From Hemiscyllium ocellatum (taxonomy: Eukaryota), in assembly GCF_020745735.1 (NCBI RefSeq), contig NC_083433.1, forward strand, positions 6,335,363 to 6,399,362: a stretch of DNA of 64,000 nucleotides, read 5' to 3'. The position numbers were made by a program, and so were the translations under genes. This document shows positions 34,496 through 57,450 of the stretch, in pieces. The notes under the pieces are model-generated. The model was not told the DNA's origin and searched no databases. It worked only from the letters and a program-made list of their open reading frames with translations. Within the stretch, counting starts at the first letter, position 1; each line of letters begins with the position of its first letter.

Positions 34496-35867
34496 ATCAG
34501 GTCACGGTGAGTTTGTGTCTTTTTAAAAGAAATAGGTTTGCATGAGGAAACGTTTTCAAGTTTTCTTTTGAAATAAAGTTTGTTGTAACCAACTGCAAGA
34601 GGGACTCAATGAAGAAAGGGAGTCAATTTCTCAGCCTGTTGTGTTGGAAATGGGAGAGAAAGGTGGGAGATTGGAGCTTGGACAAGGCAATTGTAATAGG
34701 AGCAGATGGGGCAGAGACTGGCAAATGTTCTCAATGACCAGAGATTTCAGAATGGGGGTGTGGGGTAGGTCACAGTCTATGACACTGGGTAAGCTGCTTA
34801 GGACTGAGATGAGGAGAAAGGTCTTCACCAAGAGAGTGGGGTGCCTGTGGAATTCTCTGTCATAGAAAGTGGTTGAGGCCAAATATTGAATGTTTTCAAG
34901 AAGGAGTTAGATATAGCTTTCAGAGCTAAAGGGATCAAAATGTTGGATGGAGAATGGGAAGATGGTACTGAGTTAGATGATCAGCCATAATCATAAGGAA
35001 TGGCGGAAGTGTGAACAGCTGACTCCCATTCCGTTTTTCTCTAATTCTATATTTCAATTATCTGGGTAGTAAGGGTCTTGTGGCACAGGTGTAGTGTCCC
35101 TTTGTCTGTGCCAGGAGGTCTAGGTACAAGACCCTTTCTGTTCCAGAGGTGTCTGATAACATCTCTGGACAGGTTCATGAGAAAACAACCAGAGATGCTG
35201 CATGCCCAATGGACTGAATTGCCTCCTCCTGTGCCATAACAATTCTGTGATTCTGTGGTTGATCTGCATCTGACCAGCGATTCCCTGCCTCTATCTTCTG
35301 ACTGACCTTTCTGTGGATTGTCACCTCTCTGTGATGGAGAGCCTCGAGTGTCCCGTTGAGTCTGAGAGTGATACTTCAAGGGGTTTCCACCTCCTGACAG
35401 GACCATCCAGGACGGTAAGGTTGGAGGGGAGGATCCCGATAAAGTGCAATGCAAAACAAGATAGCCATCCATCCAGGCAGAAGGTATTTGTCTGCTATCC
35501 ACGAGGGTGGGTAAAGGCTACATCAGGAGGGAGATCCCCAGTTGACATTTCCTTGCCACTTGAGCTGGACCTTCCTTCAGTAAAGGATCGTGTCTGTGCT
35601 GATGTCCAACAGCATTCCCATGTTAAACAATGCTCTGTACACAGTGTCTACCTAGAGGATTCTAACCCCCTTACCCTAACACATTGACTCTCCAGGGTGG
35701 ACAGTCAGAGGATTTTACAGAAGGAGGCAATTCAGCACCCCCCCATGTCTGTACTCACTCTTAAAAGAGCTACCCAGCTAGTCCCAGTCTCTAGCCCTCT
35801 CTCCATAGCCCTCTAACTTCATCCCTTTCATGTATATATCCAGCTCTTTGTTGAAACCTCCTATGGA

Positions 35868-36261
35868 GTTTAGAAGATTAAGGGGAGACTTAATAGAGAC
35901 GTACAAGATAATACATGGCTTGGAAAGGTGAACGCTAGGAAATTGTTTCCATTAGGTGAGGAGACTAGGACCCGTGGACATAGCCTTAGAATTAGAGGGG
36001 GTCAATTCAGAACAGAAATGCGGAGACATTTCTTCAGCCAGAGAGTGGTGGGCCTGTGGAATTCATTGCCACAGTGTGCAGTGGAGGCCGGGACGCTAAA
36101 CGTCTTCAAGGCAGAGATTGATAGATTCTTGTCTCGAGGAATTAAGGGCTACGGGGAGAACGCTGGTAAGTGGAATTGAAATGCCCATCAGCCATGATTG
36201 AATGGCGGAGTGGACTCGATGGGCCAAATGGCCTTACTTCCACTCCTATGTCTTATGGTCT
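35868..36261 (+). mobile_element. Young CR1 3' fragment, specific to the spacer upstream of copy 3
   Basis: TRGHSLRIRGGQFRTEMRRHFFSQRVVGLWNSLP with a (tcttatgg) tail, flanked by tatgga. Absent from the paralogous sites near 21300 and 28600. Confidence 0.85.
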
Positions 36262-36919
36262 TATGGAATCCACCTCCCCCACTCTCCAAGCAGCGCAGTC
36301 CAAATCCTAGCAACTCTGAGTTAAGAAATTTCTCTTCACCTCACTGAGCTCTCTTGCTGAATAATTGTGACCCGTAGTAACTGGCATACCAACTGGTGAA
36401 AGCAGAACATCCTCCTTTACCCTGTCAAAATTGCTTATAATTTTGAACACCTCGATAAGGTCACCTCTTAATCTTCTCTGCTCCAAGGAGAATAAGCCCA
36501 ATTCCTTTAATCTTTGCTTGTATCTAAAATACCTCACTCCTAATATCATTCTCGTAAATCTCTTTTGCACTTTCTCCAGGGCGTTAATATCATTCATGAT
36601 TCATGAATAAGATGTCCAGAACTGAACACAATATTGCAAATGTGGACTGACCAATGATTTGTAAAAGTGAGGCATCATTCCCCTGCTTTGATGCCTCTCT
36701 TTTTAAAAACTTAAGGATCCTATAAGCTGCCTTAATGATTGACTGACTGTTTCATCTTCCCTGGCCACCTTCAGAGAATCATTTACTTGAACCCGAAGGT
36801 CCCTCTGCCCCTGTACTCCCCTTAGAGTTGTTCTGTTTGAACCTGCATCGACTCTCATACCAAATGCATTACATCGCATTTCCCTGCATTAAGATTCGGA
36901 AATAATTGCCAACATCAAA

Positions 36920-37664
36920 ACTTGGAGTAAAAAGTGAGGTCTGCAGATGCTGGAGATCAGAGCTGAAAATGTGTTGCTGGTTAAAGCACAGCAGGTCAGG
37001 CAGCATCCAAAGAACAGGAAATTCGACGTTTCAGGCCAGAGCCCTTCATCACCTGCACCTCCACACACATCATCTATTGCATCCGCTGCACCCGATGTGG
37101 CCTCCTCTACATTGGGGAGACGGGCCGCTTACTTGCAGAACGCTTCAGGGAACACCTCTGGGACGCCCGGACCAACCAACCCAACCACCCCGTGGTTCAA
37201 CACTTTACCTCTCCCTCCCACTCCACCGAAGACATGCAGGTCCTTGGACTCCTCCATCGCCAGAACATAACAACACGACGGTTGGAGGAAGAGTGCCTCA
37301 TCTTCCGCCTGGGAACCCTCCAGCCACAAGGGATGAACTCGGATTTCTCCAGTTTCCTCATTTCCCCTCCCCCCACCTTGTCTCAGTTGATTCCCTTGAA
37401 TTCAGCACCGCCCTCCTAACCTGCAATCCTCTTCCTGACCTCTCCGCCCCCATCCCACTCCGGCCTATCACCCTCATCTTGACCTCCTTCCACCTATCAC
37501 ATCTCCATCGCCCCTCCCCCAAGTCCCTCCTCCCTACCTTCTATCTTAGCCTGCCTGGCACCCTCTCCTCATTCCTGATGAAGGGCTCTGGCCCAAAACG
37601 TCGAATTTCCTGTTCCTTGGATGCTGCCTAACCTGCTGTACTTTAACCAGCAACACATTTTCAG
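36920..37664 (+). mobile_element. Penelope-like fragment with an inverted terminal copy
   Basis: GIY-YIG region from about 37052 (same family as 16722-18449), preceded by an inverted terminus at 36920-37051. TSD caacatcaaa at 36910-36919 and 37665-37674. Hammerhead motif at 37571-37606 with GAAA changed to AAAA. Confidence 0.88.
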
Positions 37665-39996
37665 CAACATCAAATCTTGCCCTGTAAAAATGTAACAATG
37701 TTAGTTTTCAAATCTTCAATTAGTTTTGTGTGCATCCACTATCCTTCCTGTGAAAAAGCTGTTCCTAACATTATCCTGAACAGTTTAGTTCTAATGTGAA
37801 GATTCTAATCCCATTCCACATCCTCAGTTCTATTTGATCCATTGTGAAGAAACAGTTCCCCTCTATCTGCTCTGTCAAATCCATTTATCCTCAAAAATTT
37901 CAAAAACTCATCCCTTAACTTTCTACTCTGGGAACTGTGGACAAACTGTTAGTGTCATTTAACCAGCTCTTTACCTCTGAGTTCATTCAGATAATCTAGG
38001 CTGCACATCTCTACCAGGACTGAGCAATCCAGATGTGGTTGAACCAGGACTTGGCAATTTTACGAAGAAACTCCATCCAAAGGGATTTGAACCTCTTTGA
38101 GGTCATGACTAATATTAAATTAGTTCCTTTGCTTTGTGTTTTTACATCTGTTCACTACATTTCTGTCCACTTGTCTGAATAATTTCATTTTGATCATTAG
38201 TTTTGATAATAAGCAGAAGGTGTCACCATTTATAAAACACTGCATTGTCTTTCTTGGTCAGAAGTGGATCACATTACACTTCCCCTCAGTGTCCTGTATC
38301 TGCCAGTCTTGCCCACTCCATTAAACTTTGCAACCTGATGTAGAGTCATCATTTTAATCGATGGACCTTCATTGATAACATTTACAAATCTCATGAAACG
38401 TTATGGCTCCCAATGTCTTTCCTTGGGGAAAGCAATCAGATCTTGCTATTTTTAATTCACTCCCTGGCTGAGGGTACTGGTGGCTGGGCCAGCATTTATT
38501 GCCCATCTTTAATTACCCTTGTCAAGGTGGTGGTGATTTGCCTTCTTAATTGCTGGGAGATTGGAAAAGAACATTTGACCTAGCAGTGCGTGCAAATTTA
38601 AAGCACATTATGCATTGTCAATCCCAATAGTATTGAAGTGTAAAGCACCAAAGCTTACATTTGTAGCAGACATTTACAGTAGAATAACATTTTTGATGGG
38701 AAAATACTGTCTCCACAGCCCCCAAAGCCAAACACCTGCCCCATTTATCTCAGTTCAATCTGAGAAAAAATGAACAGCATTGCCTTATGATGATTGAGCA
38801 GTCATAACCAAGTTATTTAGGGACTCCTTTATTCTATCATGGGCTGTGAATAAGACACAGCTGATCCATACTAGTCACCTATTAGATATTTCTAGGAATA
38901 TATCAATGCCACCACAATCTACCTGTGACTCCACACGAGTATAATTGAAGGAAAGCTGATTTTATGTAAATTAAAGGAAAAAAAAATTGGAACAAACTCC
39001 TGCAAATTCTAGTTGGGTCCTATAGCTTTCTTTACACCAGCTGCCTTCAGTATTTGACACCCCTGGATTGAAAGGCCAGTAAAAAAAGGGAATTGCTATA
39101 TATTTGTCCCACGTGGGACAAGGTAGGCACTGTTGCATTTCCTCACCTAGAGGATAGTTATTAGCCAAGTATACTAGAGGCACTGATGCCAGTCAAAAGC
39201 AGAATCTTCATTCTCCGACATGGAATGAGGAGAAGAGAAACCATTCTCCACTTGGGAAACCATCATATAGCAATCAAATATTGCTTATCCAAGAACAGTC
39301 AAAAGGAAGTATACTATAAAAGCAAGCTATTTAACCTTTATATTGTTTAAAAAAAAAGGAGTAATTTTAGATGATCAGCTAAATCAATCTAAACATCAAA
39401 CCAAATTGCTGGAAAACAGTATCTATTGCAAGAACTAATTAATATTTCAGGTCTAGCAACTGTTCTCAACTGATTTTACACCACATACTGCCAACCCCAC
39501 ATTTTCCTCAGCAGTCTTCTTCCTGATTTGCAAGAGCCAGTTTTTTTGCTTCAGTTTAAAAAAAGTTAAATAAATGCTCAGAGTATACCAGTTGTGTCAA
39601 ACATTTAGACTGGGATTATATTTCGAACTATTGCCGAGAGGCTGTTGCTGTAAACGTATTCCAGTGAGCACAGGCAGTTAGAGAGTATTCCTTACAAGCC
39701 AAAAAGCTTAAGCTGTTGTGGAATTTCCAATTCTGAGAACTGCTCACTTAGTCCATAAATCCCTCTACACAGAAATAAAACAACATATTATTGGGACAAG
39801 CATTGAAACAAGGTTGAGAGAAAAAGGATTTAATGATCAGATGTTAAACATCAAAACCCCAAGAACCAAATGAAACTAAAGTAGTTACACAGAGTACTCA
39901 GTTCCATGGTGAACACTAATTTTGTACAGAGCACAACCAAAGTCATCCACTAGAATGAAGTCACCACGTCCAACAAATGGAGTTGTTGAATCCCAC

Positions 39997-42555
<2,559 letters not shown>

Positions 42556-42604
42556 CTTCACTATTCCTGCTCACTATCATCCAGACAACTCCGGACCAGA
42601 GCCT

Positions 42605-42830
42605 CTCTCCTATAAACTCTTGTATGTATCCCCCAGGGAACATCCAGGGAGAGGTAGCACCAATGATGATTGACAATTCCTGACAGCCATTCAGGAATCC
42701 CCCATGAACATAGGCTCCAATGAGAGAGAGGGGGAGGGTGTGTTAACCAGAGCTGATCAGAGGTGTAGATTAGAGTCAGGTCTGGATGATTATTCAGTGA
42801 TTGGAACAGCAGGAGGTCACTCAGCAGAAT
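42605..42830 (-). promoter_or_regulatory. Putative proximal promoter of ferritin copy 4 (altered)
   Basis: The TATA variant is changed to GATACATA, the MRE-containing segment is deleted, and the second CCAAT box is mutated to ccatt. Confidence 0.5.
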
Positions 42831-43340
42831 CTCAATCAGGTCACAGTGAGTTTGCGACCTTTTGAAAGAAATAGGTTTGGATTAGGAAAGGTTTTCAAGT
42901 TTTCTTTTAAAATAAAGTTTGTTGTGACCAACTGAAAGTGGGGCTCAATAAAGAAGGGCAGTCAGTTTCTCAGCCTTTTGTGTTGGAAATGGGAGATTGG
43001 CGCTAGGACAAGGCAATTGTAACAGGAGCAGATGGGGCAGATTTGAAGACTATAATCCCATTCCACATCCTCCGTTCTATTTGACCAATTGTGAAGAAAC
43101 AGTTCCCCTGTATCTTCTCTGTCAAATCCATTCATCCTCATTAAAATTTCAATTGCGCTCATTCCTTAACCTTGTACCCTGAGGATTGTGGGAAAACTGT
43201 TGATGTCATTTAATCAGCTCTTTATCACGGAGTTCATTCAGAAATTCAGGGCTGCACCATCTCCGCCTGAACTGAGCACTCCAGATGTGGTTGAACCAGA
43301 ATTTGACAATTTTACAAAGAATCTCCATCCAGAGGGATTC

Positions 43341-44245
43341 AAAAGAACAAAGAAAATTTGTAGCCCAGGAACAGGCCCTCCAAGCCTGAGCCAATCCAAA
43401 TCTACTGTCCAAACCTGTCGCCTGGTTCCTAAGCATCTGTATTCCTCTCATCCCCACCTAATTGTGCATCTGTCCAGATGCATCTTAAATGAATCTACGG
43501 TGCCTGCCTCTACCGCCTCTGCTGGCAACGCGTTCCAGACAGTAACCACCCTCTGTATAAAGTACTTGCCCCATTTATCCTCCTTAAACCTTTCACCTCT
43601 CACCTTGAAAGCGTGACCTCTCGTTATTGAATCCGTCACCCTCAGAAAAAAACTTATCTCTATCTACCCTGATATTACCCTTCATCATTTTAAAAATTAT
43701 GAGGGGCATGGATAGGACAAATAGACAAAGTCTTTTCCCTGGGGTCAGGGAGTCCAGAACTAGAGGGCATAGGTTTAGGGTGAGAGGGTAAAGATATAAA
43801 AGCGACCTAAGGGGCAACTTTTTCACACAGAGGGTGGTATGTGTATGGAATGAGGTGTCAGAGGATGTGGTGGAGGCTGGTACAATTGCAACATTTAAGA
43901 GGTATTTGGATGGGTATAGGAATAGGAAGGGTTTGGAGGGATATGGGCTAGGTGCTGGCAGGTGGAACTAGATTGGATTGGGATATCTGGTCGGCATGGA
44001 CGGGTTGGACCGAAGGGTCTGTTTTCATGCTGTACAACTCTATGACTCTACTCAACCTCTCTTCATAGCTAGCACCTTCCCTACCAGGCAATATCCTCAT
44101 AAACCTTCTCTGCACCCTCTCCAAAGCATCCACATCCTTTTGGTAATGTGGCGACCAGAACTGTACACAGTATTCTAAATGTGGCTGAACCAATGTCGTG
44201 TACAATTTTAACATGACCTGCCAGCTCTTATAAAAGAACAAAGAA
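43341..44245 (-). mobile_element. Nested CR1 fragments: minus-strand element with a plus-strand CR1 3' end at about 43686-44050
   Basis: LYTTLVQPHLEYCVQFWSP and TRGHAFKVRG on the minus strand. The inner piece matches 6030-6393. Flanked by aaaagaacaaagaa at both ends. Confidence 0.82.
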
Positions 44246-44692
44246 TGTCTTTGAGATCAGGACTAAAATTAAATTAGTTCCTTTGTTTTGTGTTTTTACA
44301 TCCGTTCACTAAATTTCTATCCAATTGTCTGAATAATTTCATTTTGATCATTAGTTTTGATGACACAGCAAAAGATGTCACCATTTATAAAACACTGTGC
44401 ATTATTTTTCTTGGTCAGAAGTGGATCACTTTATACTTCCCCTCACTGTCCTGTATCTGCCAGTCTTGCCCATTCCATTAAACTTTACAACATTCTGCTG
44501 TCATGGTAATATGTCACCTGATGTAGAGTCATCATTTTGTTGATGGCTCTTCATTCCTTCATCTATAACATTGATCAATCTCATGAAAAGTTGTTTCCCA
44601 GTGCCTCTCCTTGGGAAAAGTAATCAGATCTTGCTAATTTTTAATTCACTCACACATTGAGGGTGCTGATGGCTGGGCCAGCATTTATTGCC

Positions 44693-44940
44693 CATGGCAC
44701 AGTGACTAGCACTGCTGCCTCACAGCGCCAGGGTCCCAGGTTCGATTCCAGCCTTGGGTGACTGTCTGCGTGGGTTTCCTCCCACCTTACAAAAATGTGC
44801 AGGCCAAGTGAATTGGCTATGCTAACTTGTCCATAGTTGTTAGATGCATTAGTCAGAGGAGGGTGGGTTACTCTTCAGAGGGTCTGTGTGGACTTGTTGG
44901 GCCAAAGGGCCTGTTTCTATATTGTAGATAATCTAATCTT
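44693..44940 (+). mobile_element. Degenerate V-SINE
   Basis: tggcacagtgactagcactgctgcctcacagcgcc, B box ggttcgattcc, and an aatctaatct tail. Confidence 0.8.
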
Positions 44941-46933
44941 AACTACACTTGTCAACATGGTGGTGGTGATGATTTGCCTTCTTGAATTACTGCTGTTGTC
45001 TATTTGGTAGAGGTATTCCCACAATCCTGTTTGGGAGGGAATCCAGGGGTGGAGTTGCCATGTATTTCTACCCTTGTCCTTCTAGATAGGAGTGGTCATG
45101 AGTTCGGACCATGTCTGAGGAGCTTTGGTGAACTCCTATAGCATTTGGTAGATGGTACACCTTGCAGTTGCTAAGTGTCAGTGGATGGAAGGAATGAATG
45201 TTGGTGGCTATTGTGTCAATCACGTGGACTGCTTTGAACTGGAGGGTGTCAAGATCCTTGACTGTTATTGGCACACTCCCCAGTATCCTGACTTTGACAC
45301 CCCCTCCCCAAGCCAATTCCCCACCCATCATGTGATTCCCTGTCAATGACATCATTAAGGTGGCAGCTTTGGCTTTTCATGAACTGACGCTGATAACATC
45401 CATTCTCCAAATTAAAGGGTCAGCACAAATCAAAATGCACGCTAGGAACCACCACCTCTGGACTAATGAATATAACCAAATCCATAATAGCCTTGTCACT
45501 TGGAGCATTAGTTCCACATTCAGAGTCTGGTGAAGCCTGTCAAGTGGACCATCTCAATTTGCACAGTAGGAAGATTGGAAAAGAACATTTGCCCTCACAG
45601 TATGTGCAAACACAAAGCACGTGTGCATTTTCAATCCCAAAATCATGGAAGAGGTGGCAAGTATCAACGTTGCCTTTTGTATTAGACTTCTGCACAAGAA
45701 TAACATTTTTAGATGGGAAATAGTCTTTTCTTCCCCTCCACAGCCAAGCATCTGCCCCATTAATCTCAGCTCAAGCTGAGAAAGATGAACAGCACAGCCT
45801 TAAAATGGCTGAGTAGTCATTGACCAAGTTACTTTGTGTCCCACATTGTATTATGGGCAGTGAGCATCCCAAATAAGATCAGCATTCATCACCTATTAGA
45901 TTTCCTTTGAACTAAGACTCCACACTCAAGCGCAGCCTTGATATAAAAACAGGAGCTGATTTCAATTAAGTTAAAAGGAAAAACATTTGGAACAAGTTAC
46001 TGCAAATGCTAGTTGGGTCCTATAGCTTTCTTTGCACCAGCTGCCCTCAGTATTGTGGAGGGTGCTGGATTGCTAGAGCAGTAACAAAGGAATTGTTACA
46101 ATTGTCCCACAGAGGTTAAAGGTAGGCACTATTGCATTTCCTCACAGATATTAGCCAGTTAGACTAGATGCACGATGCCAATCAAAAGCAGAATCTTCAT
46201 TCTCCAGCCTGGAACTTGGATCAGAGATAAACCATTTCCTAGCTTGGGAAAACCACCGTATAAGCAATCAAGTATTACTTATCCAAGAACAAGTGTAGTG
46301 TACCTTTGAGCAAAATATTCAACTTTTAATGTTTAAGGGGTCATTGTAGATGATCCACTAAATCAGAATCTAAGCATTAAAAAGGTAATTGCTGGAAAAT
46401 AAAGTCTGACAATAATCAGTTACACAGTAATTAATATTTCAGGTCCAGTGACTAACTCCACAGATGCTACTAAACCCAAGTTTTCCCAACTGTGTTTCTT
46501 CCTGATTGGCTGCTGGAAATGTTTTTTCAAGAAAAACCTTAAGCATTGTTCAGTGTACATGAGTTGTGTCAATCATTCAGACTTCAAACTATTGACTAGA
46601 GTCTGTTGCTGCAAACTTGTTCCAATGAACACAGGCAGGTGGTGAGCACTGCTTACAAACCTTAATACCACAACTGCTTTCCAAGCAGGAGTTGTTCACA
46701 GACCAGAATAAAAACAGAACAAGTTACTGGGACAATCATTGAAACAAGGTTGAGAGAAAAGGATTTAAATGATCAGATATTAAAATATCAAAAACCCAAG
46801 AACCAAATGAAACTAACAAATTACACAGTACTCCGTTCCATGGGGAACACTTTTAATTTTGTGCAAATCACAACAAGAGTCATCCACTAGAATGAAGTCA
46901 CCATATGCAACAAATGGAGTTCTTGAATCCCAC

Positions 46934-49803
<2,870 letters not shown>

Positions 49804-49859
49804 CTTCACTATTTCTACTCACTATCACCTAGACAGCTCTAAAACTGAGCCTTTCTCCC

Positions 49860-50090
49860 ACAAGCTCTTGAATTTATCCTCCTGGGACACCCTGCACTCA
49901 ACCAGGAGGAGATATCACCAATAATGATTGGCTGACAGGGATTGTCAATCAGTAATCACCCATGAATGTATACCCCAATGAGAGAGAGGGGGAGGGTGTG
50001 TTAGCCAGAGCTGATCAGAGGTGTAGATTAGAGTCAGGTCTGGATGATTATTCAGTGATTGGAACAGCAGGAGGTCACTCAGCAGCATCT
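49860..50090 (-). promoter_or_regulatory. Putative proximal promoter of ferritin copy 5
   Basis: GATAAAT, TGCACTC at 49893-49899, CCAAT/ATTGG motifs and CACACCC. Confidence 0.55.
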
Positions 50091-53000
50091 CAATGAGGTT
50101 ACAGTGAGTTTGTGTCCTTTTAAAAGAAATAGGTTTGGATGAAGAAAGGTTTTCAAGTTTTCTTTTCAAATAAAGTTTGTTGTGACCAACTGCAAGAGGG
50201 GCTCAATGAAGGAGGGGAGTCAGTTTCTCAGCCTGTTGTGTTGGAAATGGGAGAGAAAGCTGGGAGATTGGCGCTGGGACAGGGCAACTGTAACAGGAGC
50301 AGAGGGGGCAGAGACTGGAACGCTGTTCCCAATGGTGGGGATTTCAGAATACAGGGTGGAGTCACAGTATAGTGACACGGGATAGGCTGTTCAGGATTGA
50401 GAAGAGGAGAAAGGTCTTCATCCAGAGTGGGGAGTCTGTGGAATTCTTTGCTACAGAAAGTAGTTGAGGCCAAATATTGAATGTTTTCAAGAAGGAGTTA
50501 GATATAGTTCTTAGGGCTATAGGGATCAAAGGATATGGGGGAGGGTGTGGAAAGATGGAATTGAGTAGATGATCAGCCACAATTATATGGAATGGCCGAC
50601 TCCCATTCCTTTTTTTCTCTAATTCTATGTTTCAATAACCTGGGTAGTAAGGGTCTTGTGGCACAGAGGTAGTGTCCCTTTGTCTGGGCCAGGAGTTCTA
50701 GGTACAAGACCCTACTGCTCCAGAAGCATCTGATAACATCTCTGGACAGGTTCATGAGAAAACAACCAGAGATGTTGCAGGCCCAATGGACCGAATGGCC
50801 TCCCCCTGTGCCATAACAATTCTGTGATTCTGTGGTTGATCTGCATCTGAACAGCATTTCGCTGCCTTTGTCTCCTGAATGACCTTTCTGTGGATTGTCA
50901 CCTCTCTGTGATGGAGAGCCTCGAGTGTCCCGTTGATTCTGAGAGCGATACCTCAAGAGGTTTCCACCTCCTGGCAGAGCCACCCAGGACGGTAAGGTCG
51001 GAGGGGAGGATCCCGATAAAGTGCAATGCAAAACAAGTCCTCAACGGCCATCCATCCAGGAGAAGATATTTGTCTGCTATCCACGAGGGTGGGTAAAGGC
51101 TACAGCAGGAGGGAGATCCCAAATCAACATTTCCTGGCTACTAGATCTGAATTTTCCTTCTGTAAAGGACTGTGTCTGTGCTGATGTACAACAGCATTCC
51201 CATGTTAAACAATGCTCTGTACAAGGTGTCCACCTGGAGGATTCCAACCCCCTCCCCAAACGCACTGACTTTCCAGCATGGACAGTCAGAGGATTTTACA
51301 GAAGGAAGGCATTCAGTCCATAGTCCCCTAACTTCATCCCTTTTAGTATCTATCCAGCTCTCTTTTGAAACCTCCTTAGGAATTCACCTCCCCATTCCCC
51401 CAGACAGCAAATTCCAAATCCTAGGAAAGAAGTTTCTCCTCATCTCACTCCGAGCTCTTTGCTGACTAATTGTGACCCCTAGTTACTGACATACCAACTG
51501 TTGAATACAGAACATCCTCCTTTACCCTGTCAAAATTGGTCATAACTTTGAACTCCTCAATAGGATCATCTCTTAATATCCTCTGCTCCAAGGAGAATAA
51601 GCTCAATTTCTTTAATCATTCCTTGTATCTAAAATCCCTCACTCCTGGTATCATTCTCCTAAATCTCTTTTGCACTCTTCCCCTGGGCTTTAATATCCTT
51701 CCTTGAATTAAGGTGTCCAGAACTGAACACAATATTGTAAATGTGGTCTGACTTGTAGAAGTGTACCATCATTCATCTGCTTTGATGTCTCTCTTAAGAA
51801 CATAAGGATCCTATAAGCCTCCTTAGCAACTGTTTTGTCTTCTCTGGCCACCTTCAGAGAATCATTTACTTGAACCCCCGAGGTCCCTCTACCCCTGTGT
51901 ATTTTTGGGTGCTTGAGCCTGTGTACGTGTTTAGATGTGTGTGCATCCAATATCCTTCCTGTGAAGAAACGGTTTGTAACATTATCCTGGACAATTTAGT
52001 TCCAATGTGAAGATTCTAATCCCATTCCACATCCTCAGTTCTAGTTGACCCATTGTGAAGAAACAGTTCCCCTCTATCTACTCTGTCAAATCCATTTATC
52101 TTCATAAAAATTGCAATTACACTCATCCCTTAACCTTCTATCCAGAGGAATGTGGGCAAACTGTTGATGTCATTTAACCAGCTTTTTATCTCAGGAGTTC
52201 ATTCAGAAATTCAGGGCTGCACCATCTCTGCCTGAACTGAGCACTCCAGCTGTGGTTGAATCAGACTTTGACAATTTAATAAAGCACCTCCATCCAGAGG
52301 GATCTGAACCTCTTTCAGATCAGGACTAATGTTAAATTAGTTTCTTTGTGTTTTTACAATTGTTCACTATATTTCTGTCCACTTGTCTGAATAATTTCAT
52401 TTTGATCATTAGTTTTGATGACACAGCAGATGTCACCATTTATAAAACATGTGAATTGTCTTTCTTGGTCAGAAGTGGATCACTTTATACTTCCCCTCAT
52501 TATCCTGTACTTGCCAGTCTTGCCCACTCCATTAAACTTTGCAAGAATCTGCTGTCATGGTAATGTGTCTCCTGCTGTAGAGTCATCATTTTAGTGATGG
52601 CCCTTCATTGATAACATTGACAAATCTCATGAAACATTATGGCTCCCAGTACCTCTCCTTAGGGAAAGCAATCAGATCTTGCTATTTTTAATTCACTCCC
52701 TGGCTGAGGGTACTGGTGGCTAGGCTGGCATTTATTGCTCATTAATTGCCCTTGTCAAACCGATGCACATAACCAACTCCATAGTAGTCTTACCACATGG
52801 AGCATCTGTTCCAATATCAACATTCAGACCTTGGTCAAGCCTGCAAAATGGATCATCTCAGTTTGCAGACTGGGAGATTGGAAAAGAGCATTTGATCTCA
52901 TGGTGGGTCCACATATAAAGCACATTGTGAATTTTCAATCCCAATAGCATTGAAGATGTGCAAAGCTCCCAAAAAAACTTACATTTGTACTTGACTTCTG

Positions 53001-54232
53001 GAGGAGAACATTTTACATGGAAAAAATGTTGTCTCTTCCACCCCAGAAAAGCACCTGCCCCATTTCAAGCTGTTAAAACTAAACTGCTCTACCATCTTCT
53101 GAAGACAGCTGTCATTGACAGAGTTATTTTATGTCCCCCTTACTCTATTATGAGCCAAGCATCCCAAGCAAGATCAGTATTAGTCACCCATCAGATTTCT
53201 ATTGAACTATGACATTGGCCTGCATTAGACTCCACAGCCAGTACTGACAATAAAAGTGAGAGCTGACTTCCTCCAAATTGTTTCCTTAACTTGGAACAGA
53301 TTCCTGAAAACACTACTTGGGTCCTACAGCTTTCTTTGCTCCAGCTACCTTCAGTAGCAGAGGCCTCTAAAGTAGTTAAAAGAGAATTGCTACATTTGTC
53401 CCACATGGGACAAGGTAGGCACTGCTGCATTTCCGCATAAAAAGGGATAGTTATTAGCTAAGCAGGCTAGAAATAGAGATACGGATGCCAATCAAAAGCA
53501 GAATCTCTGTTCTCCAGCATGGAACACGTGTAGGAGAGAAACCGTTCCAATTTGGAAAACATAGCAATCAAGTATTACTCATCTAAGAGCAAAGGTAGCA
53601 TACCTTTGAGCACAATATTTAATGTTTTTCTTGCAAAGGGATAGCTATAGATAAACTAAAGAAAAAAAAAATCAGATTCTAAGCATTAAAAACAAATTGC
53701 TGGAAAACTTAGATGTTATTACAGGTCCAGTGACTGTTCCTATCTGACTACACTCCACAGATACTGCCAAACCAGTTTTACCAGCATGTTTCTTCCTGAT
53801 TTCCAGTAGCCTTTGCTTCATTTTAAAAAGCAAAGCATCATTTGGAGAGTACGTTAGTTGTGTCAAGCATTTAGATTGAGAAGTGGTTTCAAACTATTGA
53901 CTAGAGGCTGTCGCTGCAAAAGTATAGATAGTGAGCATTTCTTACAATGCCAAAACACTAAGCAGTTGTGGAATTTCCAATTATGAGAGAGTTGTTCACT
54001 CACTCAAAGTCTCTCCACACAGAATAAAACATTGAGCAAATTATTGGGACAAACACTGAAACAAGGTTGAGTGAAAAGGATTTAGTGATCAGATAGTTAA
54101 CAGCAGAAACCCAAGAACCAAATGAAGTTAGGAAGTGACAATGTACTCCGTTCCACAATGAACACTATTTTAATTTTGTGTTGAGCACAACCAAAGTCAC
54201 CATGTCCAACAAATGGAGTTCTTGAATCCCAC

Positions 54233-57172
<2,940 letters not shown>

Positions 57173-57229
57173 CTTCACTATTCCTGCTCACTATTACTCA
57201 GACAACTCAAGGAGTAAATCTCTTTCGCC

Positions 57230-57450
57230 CAAGCTCTTGCATTTATCCTCCTGGGATATCCTGCACACAACCAGGGAGGGGTATCACCAATGATGATTGA
57301 CAATCCTTGGCAGCCAATCAGGAATCACCTATGAATGTAGACCCCAAAGAGAGAGAGAGAGGAGGTGGGTGTGTTAACTGGAGCTGATCAGAGATATAGA
57401 TTAGCGTCAGGTCTAGATGATTGGAACAGCAGGAAATCACTCACCATCTC
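57230..57450 (-). promoter_or_regulatory. Putative proximal promoter of ferritin copy 6
   Basis: GATAAAT, TGCACAC at 57262-57268 (still fits TGCRCNC), AGCCAATCAG and CACACCCACC. Confidence 0.55.

Noticed and set aside
43188-43340. Protein-looking ORF (FNQLFITEFIQKFRAAPSPPELSTPDVVEPEFDNF) recurring in several spacers (about 11870, 37960, 52170)
   Set aside because: The reverse strand reads ctggttcaaccacatctggagt...cagttc, a decayed CR1 LVQPHLE..QF segment. The frame is broken or deleted in other units.
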